A DNA stretch of 64,000 nt, from contig OZ024740.1 of NCBI GenBank assembly GCA_964016885.1, forward strand, positions 122,946,001-123,010,000, in the 5' to 3' direction. Both the position numbers and the translations under genes were made by a program. Of the stretch, positions 22,882-37,619 are shown piece after piece. Below the pieces are notes generated by a model that saw nothing but the letters and a program-made list of their open reading frames with translations, was not told the origin of the DNA and searched no databases. Position 1 is the first letter of the stretch. Each line of letters starts with the position of its first letter. This stretch comes from Eledone cirrhosa. Lineage: Eukaryota.

Positions 22882-25800
22882 ATATATATATATCTTCATC
22901 GTTTAACATATGCTTTCCCTGCTAGCAAGGTTTGGATGGATCTACAGAAACCAATCAGTACAGGTGAAGGTCTACTGAACTACCAGATAGAGCAGTGGGT
23001 CTGCATCTCACTTACATGTCTCACATTCTATCAAGGGAGCATGAACAGTTATCAAGTCTGTAACACCACTGACTGAATCCCCTTCATTACACCAACTACA
23101 TTACAGCATTTACACCACTTACTGAGTGCAATGAGTGAATATATATGTGTGATTAGGTAAACATATATGACTGTGAGCATATCAATGTCTCTTAAAGTGT
23201 ATGTTTTTATATGTTTTTCATATGCATTCATATATGTTTTTGTATCTCTGTTTACAAGTAATCATGAAGTATTTGTACATGTCAGCAAAGGTAAGAGTGT
23301 ATATGTGTGTTCAAATATATATGAATACAAACAAACGTAGTTGGACCTTGGCTGGGTCTGATGGTGAGTAGTCCAGTTGTTTAATCAATAGAATTGCTTG
23401 CTTATAAATGTATGTGGACGGAGCTATGTATTGCACAGAAATATGCACTCTTAATGACGTTCTCAATGCGATTTGGCATTTGGCTAGCCCTTTTAATTAC
23501 ATTTTCTCCAGCTGAGATAACTATAGCATTGAGAAATAAAGTGGTTTAGTCAAGGATATAATACTATGTTGGAAATAAAACCCTACCACTAAGCCCTGAC
23601 CCTTCACATGTGTTCAAGTATGTACGAATACAAACACAAACACATAAACACTATATGTCAGTACCATCATCATTCTCCATCAATATCTGCCCACTGTAAA
23701 GTAAAAGCCTCAGAAACCTGTGCCAATTATTCCTGTTCTGGCCACTCATACATATAATACTCATAATTGTATCGATCTCATGTCTTTATTTCATTCTCAA
23801 TCTTCCGCAATTTTATACACAGCTTTGTCAATCTAGTGTTAATTTCTCTTGCCTTGCCCACCTCCATATATGTTAAGCCTGATAATTTTGTTTGCTCAAA
23901 TGTCTATTGACAACATTTTTTTCTTTTTTTTAAAATATAGATTCATAGCACATATCTCTCTATACTCCATTGTGCTGTTCGAATGTGAAAATACCTACCA
24001 CCACACACTGCTTCAAACTTCCCCAGTCTCAGTGGCCTTGAAAAGGGTCATGGTCACTGGCCTTCCATCCCTGACTGATCAGTAACAAAAATTATGGATT
24101 TACCTAGTATTAGTACTAGCATGGATGAGGAATGTGAGGCTATTATAGTAATGGCTTTTGGTGAAAATAATGATGGAAAGATGTAGGAATACATCGTGAG
24201 ACTTAATGAGAAAAGATGTGAAGAATCGTTTGTGGTTGTGATACAATTCATGGATACAGGGTTTCAGATTAGACATAATAAAGGTTAAAGATCACAGAAG
24301 GTTGTTTATTACAAGCAATCCAGTATCCTACACAAACTTTCTGCAAGCTTTTACTTCTATTCTACCTAGATTTAAAACTCTTATACCTGACTTGTATAAG
24401 AACCTGAAAAGATTCCTAATCTGTTTTTCCTTATTAGGCACCAGATATTTCTGCATCTTCTCATTCTTATCTTCGCCAAAATAATCTACATTTAGCCAAC
24501 GTATCACATTCCTCAATCAAGCTAGTTGTATAATAATCACATATTTTGTCTCCAAATAATGTACTTTTTCTCTTCTCCTCCATAATGTTAAAGGAAAAAG
24601 TCTCCAAAATGTAAATCTTTTTTTCTTGCAATTATAATTTATTTTCTGGAATACCTCGCTAACTCAAATCCCATACTCAGATCCATCTATTTATTATATA
24701 CAAGTGTAGAATGCTTTGCACTCTTTTTCTAATCAGTTGTCCCAATCTATAAGATATAAATCTTATTGATTTAATGTAAGTGCTTCTCCAAGCTGAACTC
24801 ATAGACAGTATCATTTGATATTAATACTTCAAGATCTTAAAATACTCTCTTATACAGTGTATTTGGTGTTTACAGAAGTCATCTGCATTATCTCATAAGA
24901 TTTACTACCAAATAGATTAGAACATTGAGGTTTCCATGTCTTTAAAGAGGGAACTGTACAGTATCCATGACAGATTATAAATTGTTCACTCTTTTATTTG
25001 TATATTTCCACCCAGCTGAAGTAAAGAGATGACAATTATCTATGATGAATGATAAGTTAAGAGAATTGTCTCTGTTGGGAACTAGAAGGAAATTGTGTTA
25101 CAGATGTGATCCAACAAGGACTTACAGCCTTTGTTGAAGCTTTTCCCTTTTCAATATAGAAAAATGAATAAAAAATTCTAATGCTGCATATTAATGTTGT
25201 ACTTTATAGATATGGATATCAAGTATTTATATACATATATCAGGCCTATGACAGAAATTATTCAAGGCAGGAGAAATGGGGGATGTTTCTTCAAAATTCA
25301 AAAGGGCTGATATTTTTAGGGTAAGAGGCATCAGATACTGATGATATCTTGCTTGGATTTTCAAGTCCTAGACCAATGCATTGACTGAACTTTACCTGTT
25401 AGAGACCCTGTCTATATATTGATTTTATCATTACAAATTTATTCCAACTGGTTTACCTAGATATCTAATATTACAGATCTAGCATTTTATGAAATTCATG
25501 TGGTTTCAATATCATTACACCAACTTAATTTCATTTTTTTCATAAGTCAACAAGTTTTATTTGAGGGCTGCTATTTCTTATCGTTATCTATATTATTTTA
25601 TTACTGGTTTCAATCTTTCTGCCAGGAGTTGTGACTGGGAACAGGATCAGCAATGGTATGATTGTTTCCTTTCTCCTTCTTTTTCAGTCTCTAGATTGCA
25701 ACCATACTGAAGAAAGGTGTAAAGTTAATCATATCAATGAGTATTTAATTATTTCACTTCTGGTACTTATATTATTAATCACGTTTTGTTGAACTGCTAA

Positions 25801-26164
25801 ATTATGCAACATTAACACAGAGCCAAATGTGCATAAAAAATTGCAGATGCATGACTACCAGAAGCAAAAAAACACCCGTGTAATATATGCAATCATAAAG
25901 TAATGATTGGTGCAAAGTCAGTATAAATGTATATATATGTATGTGTATATAGCCAGGAAAGCAGATGTTAAATGTTGATGAGTTGCTGATGATGATGATA
26001 TATATATATATTGGCAAGATTATTTTGTCACATTTGATTCCTTATCACCATCATAAACATCATGGTTTAAACAGGCTGGCATGAGCAGGGAACCATGTCT
26101 TGTTCATAGAGTCTATCTTTCTCATGAGTTCTACAACCGAATGCCCTTCTTAATTATACAGAAT

Positions 26165-26400
26165 CTACCTACTATTTTACAGAATGTACTAGGAGCTTAT
26201 TGTTATGGAACTAGCTCTACCAGTTTATAGTGTTTAATGGGTGCATTTTATTGTGGCACCAACACTACTACTTTACAGAATGCATTGTGTGTATTTTATC
26301 ATGGCACCGAAACTTACACTTTACAGAATGTATTGGGTGCATTTTATTGAGGGACCTATACTACCACTTCATAGAATTTACTAGGTACATATCACTTTAT
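26165..26400 (-). repeat. Degenerate ~46-bp array derived from the SINE middle motif
   Basis: tttacagaatg.a.tgggtg.atttta..gtggcacc repeated about 5 times, directly after an RTE-type SINE remnant (26040-26165). Confidence 0.65.
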
Positions 26401-27600
26401 TTACACAGCTCTTGTGCCTCAGAAAAATTTAAATATGTCGTCAGCAAAGTTGTTTTTAATTTCTAATTTATTTAGTTTTATTAAAGAGCAATCATTGAAA
26501 ATCCCATTAACATTAATGAGATCAAATATGCTTTTTTTCAAAGATGAAACTATTGTAATGTCTTATATATACTAAGTAGCTAGTGAAATGTAGTATGGAC
26601 ATGTGGATACTGTGTATTGAGTTCAAGTGTATAATGTTTTGTATTTATTTACATTTTCCGCCAGGTGTTACAACTGGCACATAGCAGTAAAAAAAAACAC
26701 GGGATACATATATTTCTTCTTTTGGTCTGATCTGTTGAAATACTGGTACAAAAATAATTTTACAGCTGAGTGAATTGGAACAATGTGAAATAACATGTCT
26801 TTCTCAAAGGCAAAACATACTACCAGGGATCGGAATAATAAACCAAGAACCTAATGACCAATCCACACACCTTTGACGATGAAAATACCAACAAATCCCA
26901 GACCTCTTTCACTTACTGAGTGGGTTGGAACTCATGAAATCAGGCTAAGACAATATTGTGTCCATTGAGCTTCCAACTGCTGATACTATTTACTACTTCT
27001 AGCAGACAGAGTAACATCCAGGAATCAAACTCACAATTGTGAATTGTGAATCCACTTCCCTAACCATTGGTTAAGATTACTCAAGATTATAATACTTAAT
27101 TTGAGGGAGATAGATTTGGCATTTTTAGTAGTGTGAATGCCCAAGTAAAGACTCCCACATTGGGTTGTGATATTGATATTTGATCTTATAAAATTTGGTA
27201 AAAGCAGTAAAAAATCTCCTTCAGTAACATTAATGCCGTAATTTAAATCAACTATCAATAGATAGCAAAGCTTCCTGTTGAAAGCAAGCTTGCTTAAAGC
27301 TGAAATGAATAACATCACTAATTCATTTTGATCCATAAATCTCCCCCTATACACTTATTTACTCGGTTTGATCCACTTTTATGATTCAATAATAATCTCC
27401 ACATAATTATGATGGCCTCAGAATCAACAATGAAATATCAACAATATGCAAACATAAATTTTAATGTTTAATTTTATAAAGTATTTGTTACAATAGCTGT
27501 TGTTGTTGGTAGTAGTAGTAGTAGTAGTAGTAGTAGCAGGAGCAGCAGCAGCAGAAGTAGCATTGCTGCAGCACCAACAACAAAAGCAACAGCAGCATCA

Positions 27601-27800
27601 ATAACCCTTTTGATGCCAACCCACCTGAAACCACCCATTGTTTTATGTTTAAACTTAAACCATGCACTAAAAGTTATGTTCTAAACACCAACTTAAAGAG
27701 AAATTTGTTAAAATTACTAAACCTTTCCAAATTCTTGATTATTTTCAAAGTGCTTTGATTTGGGTAGTGTCTTTCATTAGAAATATGGTATAGAAATAAA
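27601..27800. mobile_element. piggyBac-like MITE (opposite orientation to the 4017 copy)
   Basis: ataacccttttgatgccaacccacctgaaacc...agaaatatggta. Confidence 0.55.
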
Positions 27801-29386
27801 TATTGTTGTTGTTACATATATCTGATGAATTATCAGGCTCAACACTATGTTCACCAGAAGTACTCAGGTTCACTTACAGTTTATCCTTGATATTATTGCC
27901 ATTGTGGTTTTATTCTTTGAACACACACATACATACAGAGAGATACACAAATACACATACGGGAATAACTTGGCACAGGTTTGGTAATGTGGTAAAGGTG
28001 TTCACTTTGCAACCACATTGTTTCAAGTTAACTTCCATAGCATGACACAATCGAGATGTATCTGACACAATAGTTTTTGAATGAAAATTGGTTGACATAA
28101 AATGGAGAAGACTGTCAAGTGCACGTGTGTGTGTTTATACATTATAAGTTAGCAGTTTGACAAAAAGAGAGATCAATAAAATAAATACTAGACTTAATAT
28201 GTAATAGGATTGATATGGTTAACAAAATCTCTTTAAGGCAGTGTACAAGCATAGCCATCGTCAAACAACTGAAGCGAATAGATGAAAATAATTTGTGGTT
28301 TTACTATATTGCTATTTCTCTTGTGTAATATGAGTATTATTGTTAGTCATATGTGTAGTACAAGAAATTATTGTTGGCATTATTATTGTTGTTTTCAACA
28401 GCTCCATGCAAGTTTCTACAGCACCACCAGGCAGGGGCATGACTAGGAAAATAGAACCTATGGCAAGCAGTGAAATTGTTCCCCTGACCAAACACTTGAC
28501 ACCTATATTTCAGATAACCATAAACCCAGCTCAAAACTACCAATCTCATCCATTAAATTTAAATTTTGTAAACAATACATGAAAATTAAAATTGTATTTT
28601 CCTTGAATTTTCTGATGCCAATTTATCTGTGATGTAGTCAAAGTTACATTTTAACAGAAAGCATTTCTAGTCCAAGTGGAAACCTCCATGGCACATGTCA
28701 TGCTTGCTAGACCCTAGTTATGCCTCAGCAACCAGGTGAACCTCTGTTTCTGAGATGTGTGTAACATTGTCTTTTAAGGAATGTATAATTATATTTGTAT
28801 GCTATATTGGTTCGGCTGTGTTCTCGGATTTATTTCATTTCTGATATTTTGTTTTTCAACTCTTTCTCAGTAGAAGATGTGCTATCCAACTTGTGTTATT
28901 TTATTGGATATTGTTAATATTTCATATATTGCATGAATTGTTTTCGTTATTTCAACAATGATATTTATATTGCGTGATGTCACTACATAAACTTGTATCG
29001 CTTTATGTGACTTGGCTGTACAAAGAGTTTGTCTTATTGTATTAAGAGTGTATCACAATGTATGTACAATGTCTGCTAATGTTATTTACTGTATGTTGTG
29101 TATGAGTGAAAGTCATGGGATTAGGTTGTATGTTTGACTGCATTGAGACTAGATTAAGAACAACTGATACCTTATATTCTAAGAATGATGTCACCTTGTC
29201 TGTTTCAAGATATCAAGATATAAATACTAATTGTTAAACAAGAGATTATATAGTTTTTTTTCATCTTTATTTTGTTAATAGTATTTACTTAATACCAAAT
29301 ATCAGGAAGCAATGTAAACAAATTATTGACTTATAACTATGGCAACGTTAAACAATGTAAAATTTCAACCTGTTTGTATTTATTAA

Positions 29387-29553
29387 GTAACCTTTTTCAT
29401 TATTTATCTGGTCTTTGTAACAGAATTCAACACATGTTAATACATACAATTATAATAGCTCGTTTTCAGATAAATATAAACACTTTAAAACAAATAATAT
29501 TGTATCATATAGCCAGGATCAGGTAAAGGTGATTTGATATTAAAAAATTTAAT
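29387..29553. mobile_element. piggyBac-like MITE, decayed
   Basis: Contains agataaatataaacactttaaaac, shared with the 4017 and 10355 copies. Confidence 0.45.
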
Positions 29554-30379
29554 CTCCTCATTTGTGTGAATCACCCCACCCTAAAATATAGTCACTTTGT
29601 CATTCTCTTGGACCTTTTGTAGTGTGTGTTTGTACCACCTCATTTCTATCAGTATCTTATAATGTTATAAAGTTATAAAACTGCCACAGTTGTGAGTGTT
29701 TATATGTATATATATATACATATGAATTAGTAGAGTCAATATGAAGCATTGTGACATATGTATTAAATGACTGATAAGTCTCAAAATGCTGGTACAAAGG
29801 ATGACAAATAAAACAAAAGACAGTGACGTTTTGCCCAGTATATTTCAGAGTTATTACCTTCTTTTCAAATGTGAAACAAGCGGTGCAAAACAAAAACAAA
29901 CAATCAAGGTGTTCCCTAACTTCTCTATGTGTCTGAAATATATATATGTGGAGCCGTTATAGTAGCCAACCTTCTTCGTGCATTTCTTCTCTATCATTTG
30001 TCTGTGTTTTTTTTTTATGATAATGGCCTCTTTGATTCTTGAATATCCCACACTAGCCACTTTACAACATATACTGAATGCGTTTTAAATGTAGCACGAA
30101 TACTACCTCATTACAGATTAAAATTGATACATTTTATTATGGTACCAATACTAAAGATGTTGTCATATGTACAGCCAGACTGAAGCCCTCTATAGCTTGT
30201 ACTTTCTTCATTTGATCACCAACTACACTACAGAATATACTAGGTACATTCTGTCATAGCACCAACATTTTCCAGGTGTTTCACTAATTTTATGTCATAT
30301 ACACTGGTGTGCGGGTCTGTTGTAGTATGAGAAATTGTCAGTTTACTTGATTCTGAATCATCTTCTCCTTCAGGCGGTT

Positions 30380-30640
30380 CTGCTCCTTAAAGTCAGTGAT
30401 CTCTCTCTGGCATAAGTTATATCTACTTTGAATGTTTGGCACTTCTTTATACAGCTCTTTTTCTTCTTATGCATCACATGACCATATCAGTAAAATCAGC
30501 GCACACAGCATTCTATTATTCTTATACTCAGATTTTCACTTAGTTCACTAATGCTCTTGTGTTCATATATACTAACATTACCCAACCAGCAGAGTATACA
30601 TGCCTCATTTCTTTAAGTTGCTGCAAAGCTCCCTTTTGTC
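30380..30640 (-). mobile_element. Highly decayed RTE 3' fragment
   Basis: gcatcacatgaccata = YGHVM on the minus strand; aligns loosely with 16880-17100. Confidence 0.5.
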
Positions 30641-31850
30641 TAAAACTGTTGTTTCTTTAGTCCCCAAATATTAAACCATTATTTTTGGGGGTATTTTACT
30701 TCATTGCATATTTTTGGATGAGTTGAATTTGCTTTTGTGTTATACATGGCAAAATAGCTGAATTATTTGAGCATCAGTTCCTTCGTATTTATTATGGCAT
30801 ACTGTGCTTTGATTTCATATCTTACTGTGGTCAACTTTGTTTCTCATCCTTTTGAGATTGATACATAGAGTATTCATTTATGGGAAGTTGATTTGTGGAA
30901 TTGCTAGAGTTGAACAGGAAGATTTACAATATGTGATCTAGCTCTATGTATCTGAGTTCAAATCCCACATCCTCTTGTCATGTGATGTGGCCAGTAGATA
31001 TTCTATCCACAATGCAACAATCAATAGAAACATGATTTTCCTTGTCTTATCTGATAAACTGCACCATCCATTTTCCTTAGTCAAAAACCTTATAGTCTAA
31101 TCTTTGAGTACTGACATTCTAAATAATCCCAAAAGTTTTCTTTATCGTTATCATCATCATCGTTTTTACATCCATTTTTCCATAATTGCCTGGGTCAAAT
31201 AGGTTCTTTTCGGTACAGCATCTCTTCATTCATTGAGTGCTTTCTTCACCTCTTGTATGGGACTCAGCGATTATCTTTTTCTAATTTTCTGTGTATTTAA
31301 ATATGTAAATTATGTAAGGGTTTTTCCTTGCCATCATCTTAGTAGGATATTTTACAGTCTTGTTTTAAGTCTTATCAAATCATTTCTGTTATTATTTTTC
31401 CATCATTGTTGTAGTTGTCTGTTACTTTAAGCTGTGTTTTATAACTTCCTGACTTCACTTTAAACAACAAACATCTTTTTATTTTTTGTTGTTCATATTT
31501 GCTGGCTTCATTTTATTATGTACAATATATTTTTATAGTCCCATGGGAGTTATTTTATAATAGTTTTCTAATTTCCATAGATTTGTGTCTGTCTGTGTTC
31601 ATGGTAAATATAATCTTTTTGTCTCAGCTTTAGTCTACTGTAATATAAATTCTGTAAATATATATGTATTTTTTTTTTCATGTTTCTATCTAGTTTTGCT
31701 AATTCATTTAACTTCCAATTGACAATGTTATAACAGTAATTTATTACTGGATCATCTAGGGTATTGAAACCTATTACCTTATTTTTAACACTAAGTTCAG
31801 TTTTAAGTATTCATATAAAACAGCTAGAATATCCCTTTGTAAAATTTTCC

Positions 31851-32084
31851 TTAACTCTTTTGATAACAAACAAGCTGAAACTGTGTGTTTTAAAGTGTAT
31901 ATATTTATCTAAAAACGTTCCATCATGCTTTTTATGTCAAAACCTTTGTTAAACACCAACTTAATAAAGCAAAAGTTAATTATATTACTGAATCTTTCCA
32001 AATGTTTTTTTTTATTATTTAAAAAAATATTTTTCAAAGTTACTGGCAATGTTTTACATTAGAAATATGGTAATGAAAGGCCTA
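31851..32084. mobile_element. piggyBac-like MITE, decayed
   Basis: ttaactcttttgataacaaac...agaaatatggtaatgaaagg; same family as 27601. Confidence 0.55.
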
Positions 32085-33099
32085 GTTTTTATGTTGTACT
32101 GTTCAATTCATTGATTCTTGTGTATTTAGAAGACTGTTTTATGTCTACTTCTCTCATCTAATATAATTATATCTTTTTGGCTTTTCTATTTTAAATTTTC
32201 TTTCTACATTTTTCTCAGCTGAATATCATGCACATTTCCTTATTGAATCTGTACACCTAATATAACAGAATTTTCCATTGTTTATCTTGTGCAACATATT
32301 GCACCAGTTCCGCAAATTACAGAAAAAATTGCTTTTAATCCACATGCTAAATTGCAGGCAGATTAAGGACAAAGGAAAATTTCCTTTCAAATGTTCATTC
32401 TCTGGAAGGGATTGGGTTTATTACTGTTATTATTATTGGGTTTATTACTGTTATTAAACATTGTTATTATTCTCATTAGCAGAATTGATAGTGCCTCAGA
32501 TGAAATCCAGTGCTACATATTGTTATGGTCCTCTACATTCTGGTTTCAAATTCCTTCTGTAGTTGATAAAATATTATACCATTAAAGTAATACGGTCATT
32601 ATAACTAATTTTACCTGGAAATTATTGGCTTTATACTTAAATTAAAAACCATTATATTTTTACGGACAGTTTCATGCAAGTTACTGTCAGATCACAAATT
32701 ACAACTTCATGTTCCTGAGGTATGTACATGATTGTGTTCTTATTTTCGTGGGTAGCCAGTGTATACACACCTGTTAATGTAATGAATCAGTCATGTTATG
32801 AAATTTAGTTTGCTTCTCGTGTTATTGAAATGTTTGTTCTGTAGTATATGATATGAGTAGAATTAATTGTGTATTAATCCTGTAGGGAATATCCTGTATG
32901 AGTTATATTGTTTTAATATATTAGGAGCTTATTGTATAGAGTGTTTGTTGCATGTGGAGATTTTCCTGTTTCAGTTGTGTTAGTGAATTGTTACTATCTT
33001 GTGCAAGATGTTGAAAAGTTATATTTTGTGCAGTGTATGGCAACATTACTTGCATAACCCTAGGTGATAGACATATTTTATAAATATTACATGATCTTG

Positions 33100-33460
33100 T
33101 AAATCCATGAATGTTGAAAGAAATAAAGCATGCTTCAGTGGATGTGTAATGTTAATATGCATAAATAAGACAGCATACATAAGTCAAGAAGAAGATTAAG
33201 TGTAAGATGGAGTAGTATGCAAGAGGGAAGACAACATTGGTATGGACATATGATGCAGATGGTAGATGACAACTGTATAAAGAAGTGCAGAGATCTGTAA
33301 ATGGTGGAACTTTTGGAGAAGGCAGATTTAAGAAGACAAAGTATAAAGTAGTGAAGACCAGCTTTAGGAAACTGAACACCACGACAGAGACAACAAAGGA
33401 TTTCAAGGACTAGTGACATACAAAACTGGAAAAAACTTGTCTATCAGTATAAAATTTGAA
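33100..33460 (+). mobile_element. RTE 3' fragment
   Basis: Encodes WYGHMMQMVDDNCIKKCR, homologous to the RTE C-terminus WYGHVMRMEDDRWVKKCQ. Confidence 0.75.
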
Positions 33461-33969
33461 TGTGAATGTGACCAGAGCCATTCATGCCCCATCCACCACT
33501 AATCACTAGTAACTATTTGTCTGATGACTGCACATCATTTATTCTATCAAAATTCATCCATCACATCTTCATGTTATTCACCATCACATCGTCATGTTAA
33601 ATCCCACCACACCAGTCATAGCTCCTTAGTGTACTTTTTTTCATCATAGTAACCCCTACTCTATATATGTTCACCAACTCCTTTCCTCTGTCACATTACC
33701 ATGTCAAACCCTGCCACAATTGTCAAATACCCATAATATACTTTCTCAAACCTTTTTTCCCTCACATTTCCCCATGAAATTCCACCATACCTGTAATACA
33801 TTCATCACATTATGCTTGTCACCTATCCTTTAACCTTGACATACTTATTGTCATTCTAACTTTCACTTCCTCTGTCTAAACATGCCTCACTTAGGATAAG
33901 TCATTATCCCCCACCCCACCCCATAGGGAGAGAGGGCGCTTCAGTTGAGTCAATGACTAACACCCTCCC

Positions 33970-34395
33970 TAGTCATGGCACCATGACAGAATGTTCCTAG
34001 CACATTCTGTAAAGTAGCTGGTGTTTCGCAGAGCATCCAGCTTAGAAAGCATGCTGAAAGAGATTGAGAGGACGCCTCTGCCATATCACATGGTAACCTC
34101 TCTAGTCTTGATGCATTCAGTATACTCTGTAAAGTGGTTGGCATTACGAAATGGACCCAGCCATAGAAAACTATATTTGTGTCAAAAGTGCAGCAATCTC
34201 CCTAGGGTTAGTGTGTCACTAAACCACACTGAGTGCACTCTGTAGAGTGCAGAAATGAATTTAAGCAAGTTGCAATACCAAGCCTGTCAGAGACATCAGT
34301 GGCATGGATTAAGTATTAACTTGGTCAGTGAGGAACCTTATGAGTGTTGCTAGCAAAAGAAATGAATGTTAAATGATGATAATGATGATGGTGAT
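33970..34395 (+). mobile_element. RTE-dependent SINE with an internally repeated motif
   Basis: Repeated actctgtaaagtggttggc motif; ends aatgttaaatgatgataatgatgatg. Confidence 0.6.
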
Positions 34396-34574
34396 GTGAA
34401 TGAGGAAGGGGAGGGTAGAAGGATGCTTACCTTCCATTTGTTATAATTTAATCAATTTCAATATAAACTCACATAATTTTTTGTAACCTGTCCATGTAAT
34501 GTCCTTGTTTTCACCCTTGTGGTGAATAAAAGAAATCACCATCATCACCAACATCATCATTATTATCATTAGTA

Positions 34575-34795
34575 GATTGTCAGGATCATAAGAGCATCAG
34601 ATAAAATACTTCACATTATTTAGTTACAGCTCTTTACATAAAGATTTGAATTTTTCTGAGGTTAACTTTACCATTCATCATTCTCTGGGTCATGAAATAT
34701 CGTACCATTAAAATATTGGGGTCACTTTAATTCATTTTCACCTTTTCTCCAAATTGCTGTCCTTATGCTAAATGTAGAAACAATTATTATTATTA
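34575..34795 (+). mobile_element. SINE (same family as 10975) with (ATT) tail
   Basis: gaggttaacttt.cc.ttcatc core and 3' aaattgctg.cctt..gc.aaa..tagaaacaattattatt. Confidence 0.65.
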
Positions 34796-34796
34796 C

Positions 34797-35889
34797 AACG
34801 GTGATCAGGTGTGGTCGCCATTTGCTAGACGCGTCTTTCCCCAGCTCATCTCCTTAACGGAGCTACAGTCCTGGGTCAAGCGAAGACCAAGAGGGAGCGC
34901 TTGGAATCTCTTCAGGCGCTCAAGGCCCTCAACCAGTCAGGCAATGTGATCGGTCGAAACTTCCCCTTGGCGTTTTATAGAGGATTAGTGGATGAGAAGA
35001 GCGACGATGTACTTGGGGAAACTCTAAGCGTCGACGAAAAGCAAGTAGCCAATCTCTTCGGAAGAACTTTTGGGCCAAGGCATATGGACAATTTCCAGAA
35101 ATCCCTGGCCTGGCAGTACTACCGAGGAGCTTTGCCCGTTCGGGATAAACTCTGCAGGCACAGAAGTGCCATCAGCCAGGCATGTCCGAGATGCGCGCAG
35201 TGTGACGAAACCGTCCTGCATGCACTCGTCCAGTGTCCCAGCATTGCTGACTTGTGAGTTTATGTCGAACACCTGCTGTCGCATGTAGAACGGATCCAGC
35301 TATCAGCTGAGTCCATCGTGAGGATTGCCCTGCCCTCTTCCTTTAGCCGGGAAGGGCAGGCAGTTTTTATCTGTCTGGTGGCCATGGCGAAAGAGATAGT
35401 ATGGTGGATGCATCTGAAAGGGCTGAAGATGAGCACTTACCTCTTCGGTGATGCCCTGATTAACTTTTTCAAATTTCATTTGAAAAGAAAAATCAGGGTA
35501 GAGAGGGAAGTGCTCTCTTCCCAGCATTTTGTTGAAAGATGGGTGAGAGAGGCAATAATGGCCCGAGTATATATACAATTTACAGGCATATACTCTGAGT
35601 ATATGCCTGTAAATTGAAGGTGGAAAACTGGGAGTGGGCACTTGCCCTGGTGGTCAGGGTCACCGTGGCTTTTTTTTTAATGGGCTTTCTCCACGATGGC
35701 TCTCGGAAGTCTCCCCCCTATTGGGGAATTTTTCATTGTTCTTTTTTTTGTTACATCCTCTTTTTTTTTTTGTATATGCAGAAATGCCCATTTGTACCGC
35801 CCTGTATTGTCCTGTACTGTCCTTAATGTCTACTTTGCGTAAAGCCTTGTGGTTAATAAAGAAAGCATTATTATTATCATTATTATATA

Positions 35890-35926
<37 letters not shown>
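34797..35926 (+). mobile_element. L1/Tx1-like LINE 3' fragment (zf-RVT domain, 3' UTR, (ATT)n tail)
   Basis: SLAWQYYRGALPVRDKL..CPRCAQCDETVLHALVQC zinc-finger motif; AATAAA at 35855-35860; (ATT)n at 35867-35926. A second short 3' end of this type lies at ~34480-34540. Confidence 0.85.
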
Positions 35927-35929
<3 letters not shown>

Positions 35930-36704
35930 TTGATGCATATGCATTATGAGAAATTACCAATGTGACAGAATGGAAACAAATGAGTTAGCTTTGTGAAAAT
36001 CTCTTGGTGAATATGTTGGAGGGAATAAGAGACAATACCAAAGGCAATCAGATAAATATAGATAATAAAACAGATATACATTTAAGATATATACAGATAT
36101 ATATTTAAGATGAAAATGGCAAACATAAGAAATATGAAATGTCCAAGCTAGGAACTGATATATAATAGTAGCTGGAACATAGCTATTGCCAAATAAGACA
36201 AGAAATTAGATAATTAATCTTGATGTAAGTGCATTTAGTCTTACGAAAATGCTGACAAAGAATTAAGAAAGATGGAGAGCCATTCTGCCAGCCAGTCAAA
36301 TCCCATTTTTAATGTGAAAATCCAGATGTAAAACAGTTCCATATGAGGATATTGTTGCAATGGAATTTGATATATTTGTAACTTTTCTCATATCATTAGA
36401 CCGGCCACTTCCCAGCATTCCTGGTATAACCAGAATATTGAAATATATACATATTAGATTAGAAATCCCAGAACAATATTCTATATTGTGTACATCTTAA
36501 GAATTGGCATCACATCTTGATATTATCTATTCTACTAACGTAATTCAGTTAAAACTAACAACAACAACAACAACAACAACAAAAACAATAATAATAATAA
36601 CAATGATAATAACAACAACAATAATGATAATAAAAATGATTATAAAAATAATATTAACCATCACTATTATCTTAGAAACTATTATTATTACTATTAACTG
36701 AATC

Positions 36705-36925
36705 ATGTTGGATTGGCAAAGTCAGAGCTTTGTCGAGCAAAATGTTTTGCATCATTTAGTTAAGGCCCTTTACATTCTGAGTTCAAATCCCTCCGAGGTC
36801 AACTTTGCCTTTAATCCTTCCAGAGTCAATAAAATAAGATACCACTAAAGTACTGAATTGATTTGATTGGCATTCCCCTCTGCCAAAATTTGCTGGTATT
36901 GTGCCTAAATTATGAATTATAATTA
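36705..36925 (+). mobile_element. SINE (same family as 10975)
   Basis: ctgagttcaaatcc B-box-like sequence, gaggtcaactttgccttt core, att tail. Confidence 0.75.
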
Positions 36926-36929
36926 TTGT

Positions 36930-37550
36930 GGTTCATTTTTATAAATCTCAGACACTTACATATTAAACGATCTGGGTATTTCAGTTAAGGAGATGTCAAC
37001 AACACGTTGACAAAAGTCCCTTACTGCATTTTCTCCTGTATCTTGCATAGATACGACCTTCCTTAAAATTCTTTCTGTCCCATGAAATGCTATCTTCTGC
37101 ATGACCTGTAACCTTGCATTCCTTCCTATTCTATTTACAGTCCTCAAACTGCTCTATATCCATCCCAATACTGCAATCCCCACTGGAATCTTTAAACCTT
37201 ACCTTCATACCGAACAACTTTCCAAACTTTTTCAGTGGCTCAAACTTCTCAATCTTTTCATGATCTTTATTCGTCACTCTATTATCTCTTGGGACTGATA
37301 TATCGATAATTTGGGCCTCTTTTTTCTTCTTGTTCACAACTGAAATGACTGGCCTTCTTGTCACATTGCACTCTGAAGTCCCACAAAAGCTTAAATTTCC
37401 CATCCTCTAAAACCCATTCTAGTCTCTGCTGACACCATGTAGCTGCTCTAATAAACGCACATTTCTCATATATCTTCCAATGGATATATCTGGCAACATT
37501 ACCAGGTCTTTTGTACTCTTGCTGAACCAAAGTCTGTACTCTTGCTTACA
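36930..37550 (-). mobile_element. Dong/R4-like RLE retrotransposon 3' fragment
   Basis: VARYIHWK, KLLWDF, RRP..IIDISVPRD..EKIEKF, QKIAFHGTERILRKV. Confidence 0.85.
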
Positions 37551-37619
37551 ATACGGCTGATTATTTATTGTGTTCCGCACATTATTACTACTACTACTAC
37601 TACTACAAATATTTGGGCA

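Noticed and set aside
27031-27354. 107-aa minus-strand ORF in unique sequence
   Set aside because: No recognisable domain or convincing splice boundaries; a few ORFs of this length are expected by chance in 64 kb.
28340-28582. Plus-strand ORF with an acceptor-like ttttcaacag
   Set aside because: No homology recognised and no clear donor site.
29815-29860. Minus-strand ctctgaaa..aaaacgtc resembling a degenerate minimal hammerhead
   Set aside because: Core nucleotides and stems are not adequately preserved, and no linked PLE sequence was seen.
32280-32320. TATTGCACCAGTTCCG resembles the 5' part of miR-92-family mature sequences
   Set aside because: The only partner is the adjacent GTGCAA across a 4-nt loop, so there is no pre-miRNA-length hairpin, and the 3' half does not match.
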